Shown piece after piece: positions 37,501 through 49,800 of a stretch of 64,000 bases of DNA (positions within the stretch are counted from its first letter, which is position 1; each line of letters opens with the position of its first letter). The position numbers were made by a program, and so were the translations under genes. The notes beneath the pieces are model-generated. The model was not told the origin of the DNA. It searched no databases and was given only the letters and a program-made list of their open reading frames with translations. Source of the DNA: Phoronis australis (taxonomy: Eukaryota > Animalia > Phoronida); contig NMRA01000083.1 in the NCBI GenBank assembly GCA_002633005.1, positions 74,896 to 138,895 on the forward strand, read 5' to 3'.

Positions 37501-40500
37501 ATGTGCTTCCGGTGAATCATATGAGCCTCTGTTAGCTACTCGCTAATGGGAAATTGCCTATTAGCTGAATGGTTAGCACGCTTGCCGGTTTTATGGGGGT
37601 CGTGGGTTCGATTCCTGAGTCGGGTAATCTCGGCTATTACTACAGCCCCCCCCAGCCCCCTACGAGGCTATGGTGCGCTTCAGAGACCACTGTATTTGAG
37701 CATCAGGAGGTTCTTTGTGGGGTTTTGTCAACCAAGTAATAGATGGTGGTGTGCTGACAAAAGTTTGAACTGTTCTAACGATGGTACTTAAGTTGCACGG
37801 TTTTGATTATTAAAGTAACCTGCTTCAAAAATAAAACAGGGTTAACTCTGGTTTTGGCCTTTGCTTGAAGGTTATAAAAGTAGGCGAAAACTTGCACTTA
37901 GGTGACGTCGTGTTTAACTTAAATCATTGATTCAAAATGATTTTTACTTTAAATTGCAGTTGTGCTTTTCAGAGTATGTGAACGAAGTAAGGAAGAATAC
38001 GTTACACTTGTTGCGAAATAAAAGAGAAGCCAGTGACCTCGAAATTTGTTTGGAAATTGACGCCCCTCCAATGCTGAGTGCTGGTGCTCCAGACGTGTCC
38101 AAGGAGGAGGCCGTGGCACGGATGAGGAGCCGATATCCAGACAAATTCAATTAGACTGCTTGTTTTGTCAATGGACAGTACTGATATTTCTTTCCATCAC
38201 ATACATGACAATGAATGATATTGGGGCACGAAAAGACTGACGACCCACACAGGTACCTTTTCGCCCCCTTACCGATGCATTATATGGGACGGCAACAGTT
38301 TACTGTTAATCAAATAAACCTAAAAGCTATGCCACAATATTTATAGTCATTATATTGAAGTAACATTGAAATGTTTCAATGTTAGAACATAGTATGTCGC
38401 AGGGTTTATACAAAGCGGACAGCCATATGGCACGCTCAAAAGTGTTTCACGATTTCCAATACTGGTACTATAAATACTCTAGCATTGCTATCTGTACAGC
38501 TTTAAAAAAAAACCCTAAAACATTGGTAGTGATGAAAATATACATGGGTCGTCAGTCTTCTCGTGTCTGCCAATATCATTCAAATTGTACGACAGAATAA
38601 TCATTTGCACAGAATCCCAACTCTACTGTCTAACATTTTCTTGCGAGTTTTTTTGCGAGTGGTCCAAGCACTCTCTCCAGATTTCTCACTTCCTATACAT
38701 GTGTATAATTTTGTGTGTTTTATACCATGTCATAGACATCTGAAGCTATTGCATACTGTAGCTTTTGGGTGGAAATTCAGTACTTTGCCACGTCATGGTA
38801 GTTAATGTCTTGTTGAATTACAGTAGAACTCGGTAAGTTGGAGCCAGTGAGACAGATATTTCATCGAAGTCAAAGTTACTTGGAGGCGTTACAGGAATTA
38901 ATGCATGCTAGCCTTTCTAGTTTCCAATGAAGCACTACCAATGTAACGAGTCCTACTGTATAAGAAGAGGGCAGGAGATTCAGTCTCTACCTCAGACAAT
39001 AGTCCAGATTTTTATGTAACAGCAATATTGTTGAATGTGTTCACTTGAAACTCACTAACAACTCCAGTGAGACCAATTCCTAAGTAAACCATAACTGATG
39101 TTGAGTTTAGAGGTTTATAATGTAGTTCTAGTAACATTACACTTGTCATGACCATGTCACTATAAGTTCCTGAACATCAATATATGCTACTTTCTTTGTC
39201 AATTGTTTACCATTCTGAAAACACAGAAATCCATCATGGAATGCCAACTTCATTTTTGTACCACTGAGATTGCGCTGTGATTGCATTCGTTTGTTAGGAT
39301 ATTTGTTCTCTCTATGGAACTTGTCACTTATTTCAACTCGTCCAAAGTAGATACTCCCCGAGTCACAAGTTTTAGTAATAGAGTACTTAGGTAATGAGCT
39401 GGAGTTGGCATTCCAGGGATAAGACAACTCGATATATATATACATAAATGAAACTAATAAGAAAACCCTTGAAACTCAAAGTCCTCCTCATTTCCCGGTG
39501 GAGGGTAAAAAGCTCTGATGCAGGCTACTGCGCATGCTGGAATTACAACACGGACAGTTCGTCCTAGGTGACCATGCACCCATCTTTGGAACTGTCTGTA
39601 GGCTATGTGTCGCATCCTTTTATCAAAGGGTCCGTCATAGCCATCCGGATATTGGCTTTTATACTGCAACCATGCAGTCTCCAAAACATCACGATTGATG
39701 CACACAGGTTGAAAACTTCCATGGTACACGATACATTTTTTTCTTCCGTTTAAGTTGTCCCTCTTCATTTCGTCCTCAAGTTTAGCAATAACTTTGTCGA
39801 CTTCTTGACAACATACTCTTTCTTCAATGACTGCAGTAGTCTGACAGTTGTCACACGTGCACCTGCAAGATGTGACAATATGTATACATTACTTTAGTAA
39901 ACATCAAAATGTCGAATTGAAAAAATTACTGATTTACCAAGAGTGTCTCGGCCAAATTAATTGAGGGTTTGCAATGACCTCAGTTTTCGAGAAGACTGAT
40001 TGTTGAGCAGCGACCTGTTTAAAACAGAACAAAAATGAAACTAAATTCCAAAAAACAAGCTTTGAAACATCACATAAATAGTAAAGATATTTACTTTTCA
40101 TACAAATGAATACTGCTACACCCAGGGCAGTGGCAGATCATGCCTGGGGGATATATATATAGGAATGGACATACTTAGTTTGATTTGCTGACACCTGATT
40201 CATTGATGGAGGGGTCTGTTTTGTTAATAATCGTGAATATTACAGTAAACATTTTTAAAAACTTCTCAATATCCGATGCCTTCTATACTCTTTAGAAACT
40301 TTACCAGACGGTTCCTTCCCAAGTCAACTCGCACCCAAGCCATGTACCAATTTTCACAAATAACAGCAACATTAGGTACATAGGCATGAAAGCATTGACT
40401 TACACAAACTAAACCTGGTTAGAAAAACGTGTGTACATTGCTCTGGGTCCAAGTTGACTTGGCCCTAGAGTATGAAAATGAAGTGACCTGTTTTATAACC

Positions 40501-43500
40501 CATGGAATTCCCTCCGGCCCCCAGGTAAGAAAGTCTAAGTTGCAAAATTGCAATTCTTTTTTCCTCTTGTTTACACTACACAGTTGAGTATTGGGAGGTG
40601 GTTCTCATTCTTTCCCATGCATACATTTATTCACTCACTAGTAAGACTGAGCTCAGGGGAGTAGGAGACAACTTCGTACAATGCCCAATTGTCTGCCAGT
40701 GAAAGCCAGGATTCGAACCCGAGTCTCACAAACAAGAGTCCGGGGCCCAAACCAATGCGCCACTGTCTACAAATAATGAAAGACCACACATTGTTGAGTG
40801 ATTTGCGTAAGTGCAACGAGTCCCATTTTTTATCACTGAAACTGGTACTTATCCACGGCTGAAAAATGATTCATCAGTGGGGACGAGAGCGCCTGGGAGT
40901 GACCGGTAAAGCTACTGAACTTAAAATTAAAAAAGACCAAGTAGTAATTCGCGGTAGTATGATGCATATTTATAATATTCTTACCAGTCACTAACATTCT
41001 GTCGCAACTCCTGCGCACCTTCTGCCCGTTGATATTCACTGCACGAACCGGCTGGGGCTGGATCGTCGACAACCGGAGCAAGGGGATCGAGGGAAAACGG
41101 TTCTACTAGAGAGAAGGTGTGAGCACAAATTGTTCCTATGGGGTCTATCGCCTCCTCTTCCACATCCGAAACGTCAGAATCGTCTGAAAACTCCACCTGA
41201 CCCTCCCTGTATCTTTCAAAATATTCTTCATCTACGCTGCTGTACTCACTGGGATCCATATTGTTTTCTTTGTGTTCCCCAACACCACGTCACAGATGTG
41301 TAACGAAGGAAAATGGCGCCGTTTCTATTTTCCGTTACAACAATGGCGTTACAACGCCACGGCAACAAATATGTAAATAACTTTTTATAGCGACGTACAA
41401 TTCAGTTAATGTTAAGAATATAGCAAGAATAATTATAAACACGAATTTAGAGCATATTGTTGTTCAGATTGGTTGAGACCTTGCAATTTACACTTTAAAT
41501 CATGCTGAAAATGAAGTCGTGTAAAATATGGCGTCTCATTGAGTACCGTCGGTGCTGCAGGAAACTGTTCACAAACCAGAGCAGTGATGGTTTCGTAGTG
41601 AAATACAATAAACAGAGAAGTTACTAATTGTAATGTATTGTAACGGTGTACAACATATATAAAACCAATTGAATGATGCAAGAATTACATTATCAAAGTA
41701 ATCAACATTAAAGCAAACGATATCCAAGTAACTAAAACACATGAAGGAAGACTATTTATACACGCTAAAGGATATACGTCATATAGTAACACGTGATTAA
41801 CAGTTGTAGATTTTAACTGCTACCAGAACTTATAAACATCTGTTTGAAACTCAATACATGACACTAATGGATCACAGACAGCCTCATGGCACGTAAATGA
41901 TATATTTAATGAAATGATGTTAATAGCAGTGATTTCATACAATTTGAGAGAATTTCATTTTGGAAAAATAAATTGTCACTTAGGCTGACTATTACATTTA
42001 AGTTTCATTCTACTAAATCAATTAAAAATAATATGGGATGGGTTAGGAAATGAAAAAATTATGTTTGTTGGAGGTTGAAAAAATTGCCTTCTCCCTATCA
42101 TACATGTTTTGATGGAACAGCCCTGATGTTTTACTGCAGTCATTTGTAACTTCACCGTAATTGCCATACTGACATTGATGTGTATAAAGTAATGTAGTTA
42201 TTGTTTGGCTTTGCTTGTACATTAAATGTAGTCGCTATATGGTTATCATTTATAAAATCCAATGCATTCCCTATCATTTGTTAAATGTCAAGATGTCATT
42301 GGTGTGCAGGGAAAAGCCTGGTGACGCTGAACACAAAAGTTTAGAGCAGAAAAAAGTTCCTCTCCTGCTGAACTATTCACAGTGTCAGCTACTGTTGGGT
42401 GACTACTATCCTGTGATTGAACACACGACGACAGTGTTGGGTATAGAACCAGGTGAGTACTGACCTCTTGAAACTGCCACCGGCTGATAACTTGCCAAGT
42501 GCCTGACAGACATCCATTGGAGGCTCATGACAGCATCAGTTTAAGAATTGACTGTCACTTGATTAGGAAGCAGTAGGAGCTATGTTCTAATCCAGTTTAA
42601 ATATCCCCTAACATTGATATTGATTGTGCTTGTGTGTTATGTGGCATTGACAATAGACCCGATAACCTGCATACGTAAGAAAGTTTATGTGTTCTTGAAT
42701 CTAAAACCTTGACCCTCGTAGAATGAGACTTACTAGTACAAAGTTGTTCTTGTCTCCATTCTGATGTTTTGAGTGATTGTTTGTTTACATTGTTTGCCGT
42801 ACTAGTATGTTTTGTTTTCACTTACGCTGTAATTGAATTAAAACAAAACATTAATTTTGTACATTTGTATAGATTACGAATAAGACTAATTAATTCGAAT
42901 TGCTGAAGCGCTTTTCGTCTGTTGTCATTATATAGGCCGAACACCAGAAGCGTCAATGATTAGATCTGTGATCTAAATTGCTTCCTGTTCGCGTGACCTA
43001 AATCATGTCCTTGTCCACACTATCCAACATTAATTATCTTGTGAGGTCAGATGTTATATTGTGTGAGAGTAAATGAAACTTTTTCTTCAAGGCATTTCTT
43101 GATTCTCAATTTAGCAAATATGTCACTGTGTGTTTCAGTTTCAGTGCTTGGTTTTCATCAAAAATTGTGCATTGTGAAAAGACATGCTTAACCAGTTACA
43201 TTTTAATTCTGTCCAAACAGTTCAGGTGTACGTCGGTTTTTGGGAATGAATATCCTGTAGTAATTAGGTATAAAAACTTTTTTATGTTCTATTATTTTTC
43301 ACAGACAATGTCAAGGCTTTGTACAGGCGGGCCAAGGCGCATGTATCTGTGTGGGACGTGAGGGAAGCCAGACAAGACTATGACCGAGTGATGCAGTTAG
43401 ACCCTTCGTTACGAGCCAATGTACTGAAGGAACTCAGACATTTGAGTGACTTGGAAAAGCAGAAAAATGCAGAAGATAAAGCCAAGTTACTAGGGAAACT

Positions 43501-43507
43501 ATTCTAA
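34596..43507 (+). CDS. AIP: AH receptor-interacting protein (AIP/AIPL1 family, FKBP-like plus TPR; 6 exons, 325 aa)
   Basis: Exons 34596-34694, 35099-35278, 35996-36161, 36538-36724, 42310-42452 and 43305-43507 are all GT-AG and in phase (978 nt). Motifs KPMELIIGKKFKMEVWE, HCCGM, PQPLEFIFEL, PLLLNYSQCQL, NVKALYRRAKAH. Confidence 0.95.
36849..38154 (+). pseudogene. THAP-domain transposase remnants (THAP half and C-terminal exon; catalytic core absent)
   Basis: 36849-37034 reads FPKDKHLAEKWHVFV...AEIC[7-bp insertion]SDHFEDGCFD and ends at GTAAGT. 37973-38154 reads YVNEVRK...PPMLSAGAPDVSKEEAVARMRSRYPDKFN*, a transposase-like C-terminus. The splice phases of the two pieces do not match. Confidence 0.65.
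37555..37625 (+). repeat. tRNA-derived SINE head
   Basis: Box A TAGCTGAATGG and box B GGTTCGATTCC at tRNA spacing. Cloverleaf is degenerate. Confidence 0.55.
39454..41259 (-). CDS. P2X7 cytoplasmic-ballast-like Zn-binding Cys-rich protein (KolX/Nanor-like; 2 exons, 227 aa), transposon-borne and nested antisense in AIP intron 4
   Basis: Exons 41259-40985 and 39862-39454 (GT-AG, phase 2, 684 nt, no internal stop). Acidic N-terminus, then WCTCDNCQ..EERVCCQE..CIVYHGSFQPVCINRDVLETA..RHIAYRQFQRWVHGHLGRTVRVVIPACAVACIRAFYP, which is the ballast-domain signature. Confidence 0.85.
40699..40770 (-). repeat. tRNA-derived SINE head inside the ballast-gene intron
   Basis: Minus-strand box A TGGCGCATTGG and box B GGTTCGAATCC. 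Confidence 0.5.
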
Positions 43508-45416
43508 TCACAGTTAGCCGTGTTGTTGTCTGGTGTTTGATGAAGTCATAACGTCTCAGTGACTTAGAAAAACAGAAAAAGACAGTAGATAAAGTCAAGT
43601 TGACACAGCTGCATGTTTCTGTTACACAAATCACATTTGTTTGCACAAAGAGTCTCAGTCACTTTGAGAGAAGGAAAATGGTGAACATGGAGCCAAGCTC
43701 AGGCATAATTAGTCATTCTGTCCAATCCTTCATAATCATTATTAATGTCTCTAAGGTTGTCTCATCATAATCACGCTTTATTCTGGAATCACAGAGTTTG
43801 TGTAGAACATTCCGGATAACTCAATTGTCAGGTTAGTAGCTAGTCATAAAGGGTTGTGCAAATTGGTATAAACGTCTTGTGCAGTAAAACTCAGCTGGAG
43901 AATTTTCTGTTGTGCCATTTTGATTACTATGAAAAATGAATGCGATTCTTTGGTTAGGGTTTTTCCAAACCACCTATCTAACATTTTGAACGAACATTTT
44001 CCTCAGATTACAGTACTATTCATGCTTACACCTCTTCATTCTTCATTTATTATTTATTTGTATTGTTATATTTTGTGTTGTCTGTTTTTAACTTTTCTTT
44101 CAAGCTGCGCAAATAACAGTTCTTAAATGGTATGTAACTTCCACCATTAGTTGTATAGATTTTACCTGTCACAGTCTTACATGACAACTACGGTAAAAAT
44201 TTTCTCAAGTTTGGGATGGTGAAAATTTATTTATTTTGCTCAAGGTCAGGGCTTGTGGGGTGGATCTGTGTATTTGTAGAATTGAAATGTGACTGATGTC
44301 GATTTTTTGGAAAATTTTTAAATTTTTATTACTGAAGAGCAAAACTTGCCCATTTCTATTACCCATAAAGAATTGTGGAAACGGTTTTCTATTAAGGTGA
44401 GCATGACTCACATCCATTATGGGATGGTCCAACTGCTGCAGTTTCCCCTAGTGGTAATTTATTCTTTGCAGCAATTGTTCTATCGACCGGGATTGACTGG
44501 CTAATTTTCAGATGACTATAGCACTGCATTCCATACTGAGTAGACTCAATTCACTGTTGCAGTAAAAATTCTGTACTTTGGGACAGTGAAAATTATTTAT
44601 TTTTCTCAAGGTTGGAGCTTGTACCAAATTTTAGAAAACTGCAATACTGGCATCCCAAATTCAAGACTAACAATCATTCACCTCAGTGATACACACACTA
44701 TGGGAACTTGTGAAAGCATTGCATCAGACTCTGTTGATACAAAGCCCTGTGTACAGTATTTCTGAAAAAAAGATGAATGCTGTAATCACCCATGTCATAA
44801 TCTTCAGAATCAAGAAAGTTCAATTTCAGCTTTTATTTTGGTGCCCCAAATTTTAGAAACTGTCCAATTGGAGAATTGTGTTTCCCACCCAATGCATGGC
44901 AATGCTGAGCTTCCCTACGCCTTTTGCAATGCACATGGTGGGTGCATGTAAACTACATTGCTCTGGTTACATGATCTTGTTGGCTCATAGTTTTAAACTT
45001 TTCTGGTAAATATGATGAAGCCTCGGGTGAAGACTGGGTACTAAGTAATCCATCCAACGCTAATCATAGCTGGAAGAAATTTGAACGGTTTGTCAAGTTC
45101 ATATCCATGTCGACATTAAGGCACCTGGGTCCACTATGGTTGATAATGTTTTTTGTTGATTGAATAATGCAACCGCTTTCAGCCAACAACCACATTTACC
45201 CTGAGTACAAGTTTTATGCAACTCGGCCCTGCTTTTGTTAGTACTCTGAACACTTTGTAAATGCTGTGTTTCTTGTACCTCATTTTCTATCAACTCATTC
45301 GTTGAAATTACCTCTGTTACAGTACGATTGCAAGCTTCCTAATGAAAGCTTTGACTTGCACAGTACGCAACTTTTTGTTGTATTAAATAGCTTTATTTGT
45401 ACAACATACCATACAA

Positions 45417-45660
45417 TCCTTTTGGGTTTCTTTTCTTTTTTTTACAACATAGTTTTCTCAATCCCAATACAAAAGGCAGGCACAGAGCTTCAAGGTTTAC
45501 ATTTGCAGTTCAGTTACTTCACCACTTGAAAACTTATTATGCATGATCCTTTTGTGTTTTTTCTTTTTTTACAACATAGTTCCCAATACACAGGCCCAGA
45601 GCTTCATGGTTTACATTTGCAGTTCAGTTAGTTCACAACTTGAAAACTTATTATGCATGA
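45417..45660. repeat. Tandem duplication of about 120-130 bp
   Basis: Two copies ending ...TTTACATTTGCAGTTCAGTTA..CACTTGAAAACTTATTATGCATGA (second copy ...CAACTTGAAAACTTATTATGCATGA). Confidence 0.75.
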
Positions 45661-46059
45661 AATAATAGAATTTGAGGGATGAGTATTTTTGAAATGTTTA
45701 GTGGTAGTAAAATATAAAAGATACATTTCTATATTCCTCATTTAAAACCAGTGTTCCATTAATACGATAAAGATAACTGACAACTGACTGTCGTAAGGTG
45801 CTATAAAGTTTCTGTTACAAAAAAGCTTATAAATTTGACCTCTTGTATAAAATTGGTTTCAATTTGTTCCTTATTAATTGATTTCCGGACTTGGGTTGAT
45901 CGTATTTGCTGGAGACCATGTTCTGCACATGAAATGTTCCCTCTGTATAAGCCAACTATATTACCATAGTCTTACCACAAGCAGTAACAAACTCGGTTCT
46001 ATCCAAGTCCAACAACCACTTCTAATTCAGTTGAAGGAACTGATACCTGGTTTACAATT

Positions 46060-46701
46060 GCGTGAGCCATTCGTTCGCCTTCCGCCCCGACCTAACCCCA
46101 TAGTTGCGGTCACGGAGTGGCTGTAGACTGATTAGTTCGCTGGTACACGCACTCCGCCAAAATGTCGCCGTGCGTAGCCTACGACGAATCTCCATTGATT
46201 GCCAACCCGCCCCGCACTGCACACAGGACCCTGTACTTTAATCGGTTCAATAGACTCCGATGTCTGTGAATAAGCTTTTGATGCAAGATTGAGTATTGTG
46301 GCCCCCACCGGGACCGTGCTCTGACTTCAAAGACACACCACGCTGCTGACTTCCAAGATCACACACTATCGTGACACTGCAACTCCGTAGGATATTCCAT
46401 GCAAAAGAAACTGTCGGGATCTGTGTTGCTGTATTTAATTAAACAATTTTGTTGTCTCTAATAGACGTAATTTGGAAATTTTGAGATTTGAAATCTGCAC
46501 CCGTCACTGTATGGTAAGTTTTCTTAAGACGAAGGACTGTACGTCTCGCTTCACAAAGATGACGTCATTTGCATCGATTAGTATAAGCGCCACCTTAAGT
46601 TTTTTCGGCGCTAAATGGGATTCCTGATAGTAATTAGCATAATGACCAATAGTACACATATTTAACATGTTTAAAAGTCATTTGGCCATTTCACTCTGTC
46701 T
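46060..46701 (-). mobile_element. Partial copy of Kolobok-type family C
   Basis: Reverse-complement similarity to 27746-28345. Ends CTGTCT|TTAA. Confidence 0.65.
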
Positions 46702-46830
46702 TTAACACCCAAATACAATCCTCTTGGTCATATCTGGAACCACCTTTTAAGAGTTCAGACATAAGACAAATTTGCAGTCTGATGAATAAGCGTTGCCCCA
46801 TGTCATCTCGGCTTGGATAACATCCTTCCG

Positions 46831-49800
46831 TCATAATTCATAATCATACCAAACACTGCAACGGAAAAATGGAAGTGACTACAGTTAGCATCAGCTTACT
46901 TCTTTAATAATTATCAAAACACAGTGAAGTCCATAGCAGCAATAAAATTGCCCCTTCAGCCAAAAAGTCTATTTTTAGGTCACTTGCCATAAGATTATAA
47001 AATCAGTCTCATCTTTTTCCTTACTTGGATTAAAAAATGAGCAATCAGTCATTCACAGAGATCTCGGATTTTGAGAACCACTTTGGCGCCTATTATTCAG
47101 TGGAGAAAGCTGGTTCTCAAAATGTAGGATACCTGTATGTGACTAGTTCCTAAAATGATTTCTAAGCTTCAAAAGAACTGACACTTCGTATTCCTTGAGA
47201 ATATGCTCAATTTATAAAATTACGGGCTGTGATAAGGCAACTTATTGAGCCTAGTGTCAAGTGCTGACGTCTAAAAACTCCCCACGCTCAGAAATCACCT
47301 CTAATATAAGTAAGGATCAAGTTGAGAGTTTTATAACCAGAAAGTAGCCCAAATCACAAGTCCTCAACAAAATGTGCAAGGTTCTTTTCAGAAGACACAA
47401 TATATTAACAAAAACTTTGCAATTGCTACCAATTATATTGGCAATCAATCTTCCTGCCATGAGGCTACCAAACATTTTTACATGTACCATTGTTCAATAC
47501 ACATCCACTGACTGTCAGCAAAATAAAGTTGAGGATTTCTGATTACACCCTGCCAAAGCAGCTTTACATTTTTGAGATAAAACATTGTCTTTGTTGCTTT
47601 CAGGTTATGTGTACCCCTAACTAAAACGCTGTCTTCTTGAAATAACTAAGTAACTAGCAACTGTCAACACATAAAAGCATATATTTTCTGAAACTAGGAG
47701 TCAAAAAAATCTATTTATATCATTTGCAACACTGTATCATTCTTCTAGTCACCTGACCATGTGTTTTTGGCAAAAATATTGTTTTTAAAAGGTACATTGA
47801 GGGGAAGTCCTTTCACCAGCATTCACCAAATTTTCTGTAGTAAAACTGATAAAAATGCTCAAAAACCTTCATCACAGAGAGAATCGCAATACTTGGTATT
47901 TGGTAGCAAAATTGCAGTTCGGTTTTTCCATCACACCACTGAGTTCACGCAGCACTGTTGGTATTTGACAGTACTTGTTTAACAATTCTTTAGAATAATA
48001 CAATCGAAAAATAAACAAATGTCATGGAAGGCATCAATAATGTTCATGTCATACCTCTGCGTGTACAGATTGTTATTAGGGTGACGTGTGATAATGGCCT
48101 TGACAATATCTGGTGGATTGAGACTAAGCTTATCTGCACGATTCCATCTGTCTAGTCGGGATATTCCTGTAAAGAAATAAGCTTATTTAAACACCAGTTT
48201 TGAATTAAACAATAAAATGTACTACTTGGCTAATGTTATTGTATCAAGTTCTCAGGATCTGCTTGTCAAGACGACATCACAATGGGTGAATCAAAATGTT
48301 GAGATAAGATTTAGGAAGCCAGCAGTTGATATGTGTAAAAATGTTTGTGAAGTCATGTCGGTTTTCATTTCAAACTTTGTTCGTATACAGATATCTTTTT
48401 CCAAGGTGTTGAAATTTCTGTGATCAAGAGTGTTGGTCATTAATAGTAATGGCCTAGGCTAGACAATGACCATCGTCTCTGCTGGTGCAGGTGGCATGAC
48501 GTATGTATCCCCTAGCGTGCGCAGTGTGAAAATAGCGAGTTACCAATTTTGGGAACTGAAGGAGGGACTGCTCGAAGATAAAGTTTGATAACCAGACTAT
48601 TTATTCGTGATGGAAGGAATTAAATACATCGACAACTTCCTAAGATGTCCCTCTATGTGCAAAGGGTATTTATAACATTGTGACTTTGATGTTTTAGTCA
48701 GTGCGAGGCATAATTCGCCAAAAAGCTTCTGGCGTATGAAGCTTTTATAAGAGCTCCATCATCTGTACTGGCTGCACCAGCACAGACAATGGTCATTGTC
48801 TAGGCCTAGGCTACAAATGACTGACAACTATTGTTTTTGACTTTATAAAGAAAGATCATTATTTTTTGAGCAGGTGTCATATGCTGGCACCCATGGCGAC
48901 ATTTTCTACAGTTACAGCCTATTATACCAAAGCTTTCTGAAAATTCAAATACGTTTGCACTTTTGATTAAATCTGCGTACCGTATTCGCCGTAATAACCG
49001 CCCAGGGCGCTTAGAAAAGTTCGGTTCAAGGGGGGCGCTTATTATAACCCAAGGCGGTTGAAATCGGTCTCCGAAACGGGTGAAATCGGGAGCTAAGATT
49101 CATCAAATTTACGTTCTTTGACGTATCTGTAATCTATGAAAGACTTCCAACAAAACTGTGGTGCATTGCTATCAAACTTAGCTGCTAAATTACGATCATT
49201 TTACAGAAAATCGTGCTCAGGGGAATCCCAGGGCGAAAACTCGCCGACTGACTGCCTCAAAATCGCCGTCTTCGATATGGCGACTTCAATGCTTGAATAA
49301 AAATAGTTTCGACTCAAGCAAATTACCTGAAATCCTCATTAAGTTTTCTAAGTAGCGTCCCTATGACTTTTTTAAGTTCCCGTGGAGTCTAGATTTACGG
49401 CAGTTTTAAGTACAAATCTGCGCAACATCGTGCCATCTACATGTATGATCGGCAACACGGCGAGAAAAATGTCTGGACGAACACACATGTTGTTGTCACG
49501 TGACGTTTGTTTTGAAGTTCGTCTGCGAGTAAGCGAGCGCGTGCGTGTAACCAGAGTTCATTTGACAAAGCAGAGACCGTCTTTTGGCCAGAGCCACGCA
49601 ATCTAACGAGCTAGATGTGCATTGTGTCTAAAGAAATTTGCACAAGCAGTAGGCCTAAACCAGAGCGTGTTTCATTCAGCACTTGTCGGTCTCGTGCTAA
49701 AAACGTTCGACATTTGTTTCGGTAAGGCCCGGATATTAGTCGCCGTGTAGCTGGATGCGTACGTAACTGTTCTGACAGTTATTTTTCGGTGTAAGTAAGC

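Larger units (their letters stand above)
36806..41494 (+). mobile_element. Kolobok-type DNA transposon (family A, 4689 bp, transposase internally deleted) in AIP intron 4
   Basis: Perfect 19-bp TIR AGTGTAAATTGCAAGGTCT / AGACCTTGCAATTTACACT, TTAA TSD (36802-36805 and 41495-41498), AG...CT ends. Convergent THAP-transposase remnants (+) and a ballast-like gene (-). Confidence 0.85.

Noticed and set aside
36806-41494. Long terminal direct repeats, or a complete P2X receptor gene
   Set aside because: No internal TIR copies or direct repeats were seen. No P2X transmembrane or ectodomain exons are present, only the ballast-like domain.
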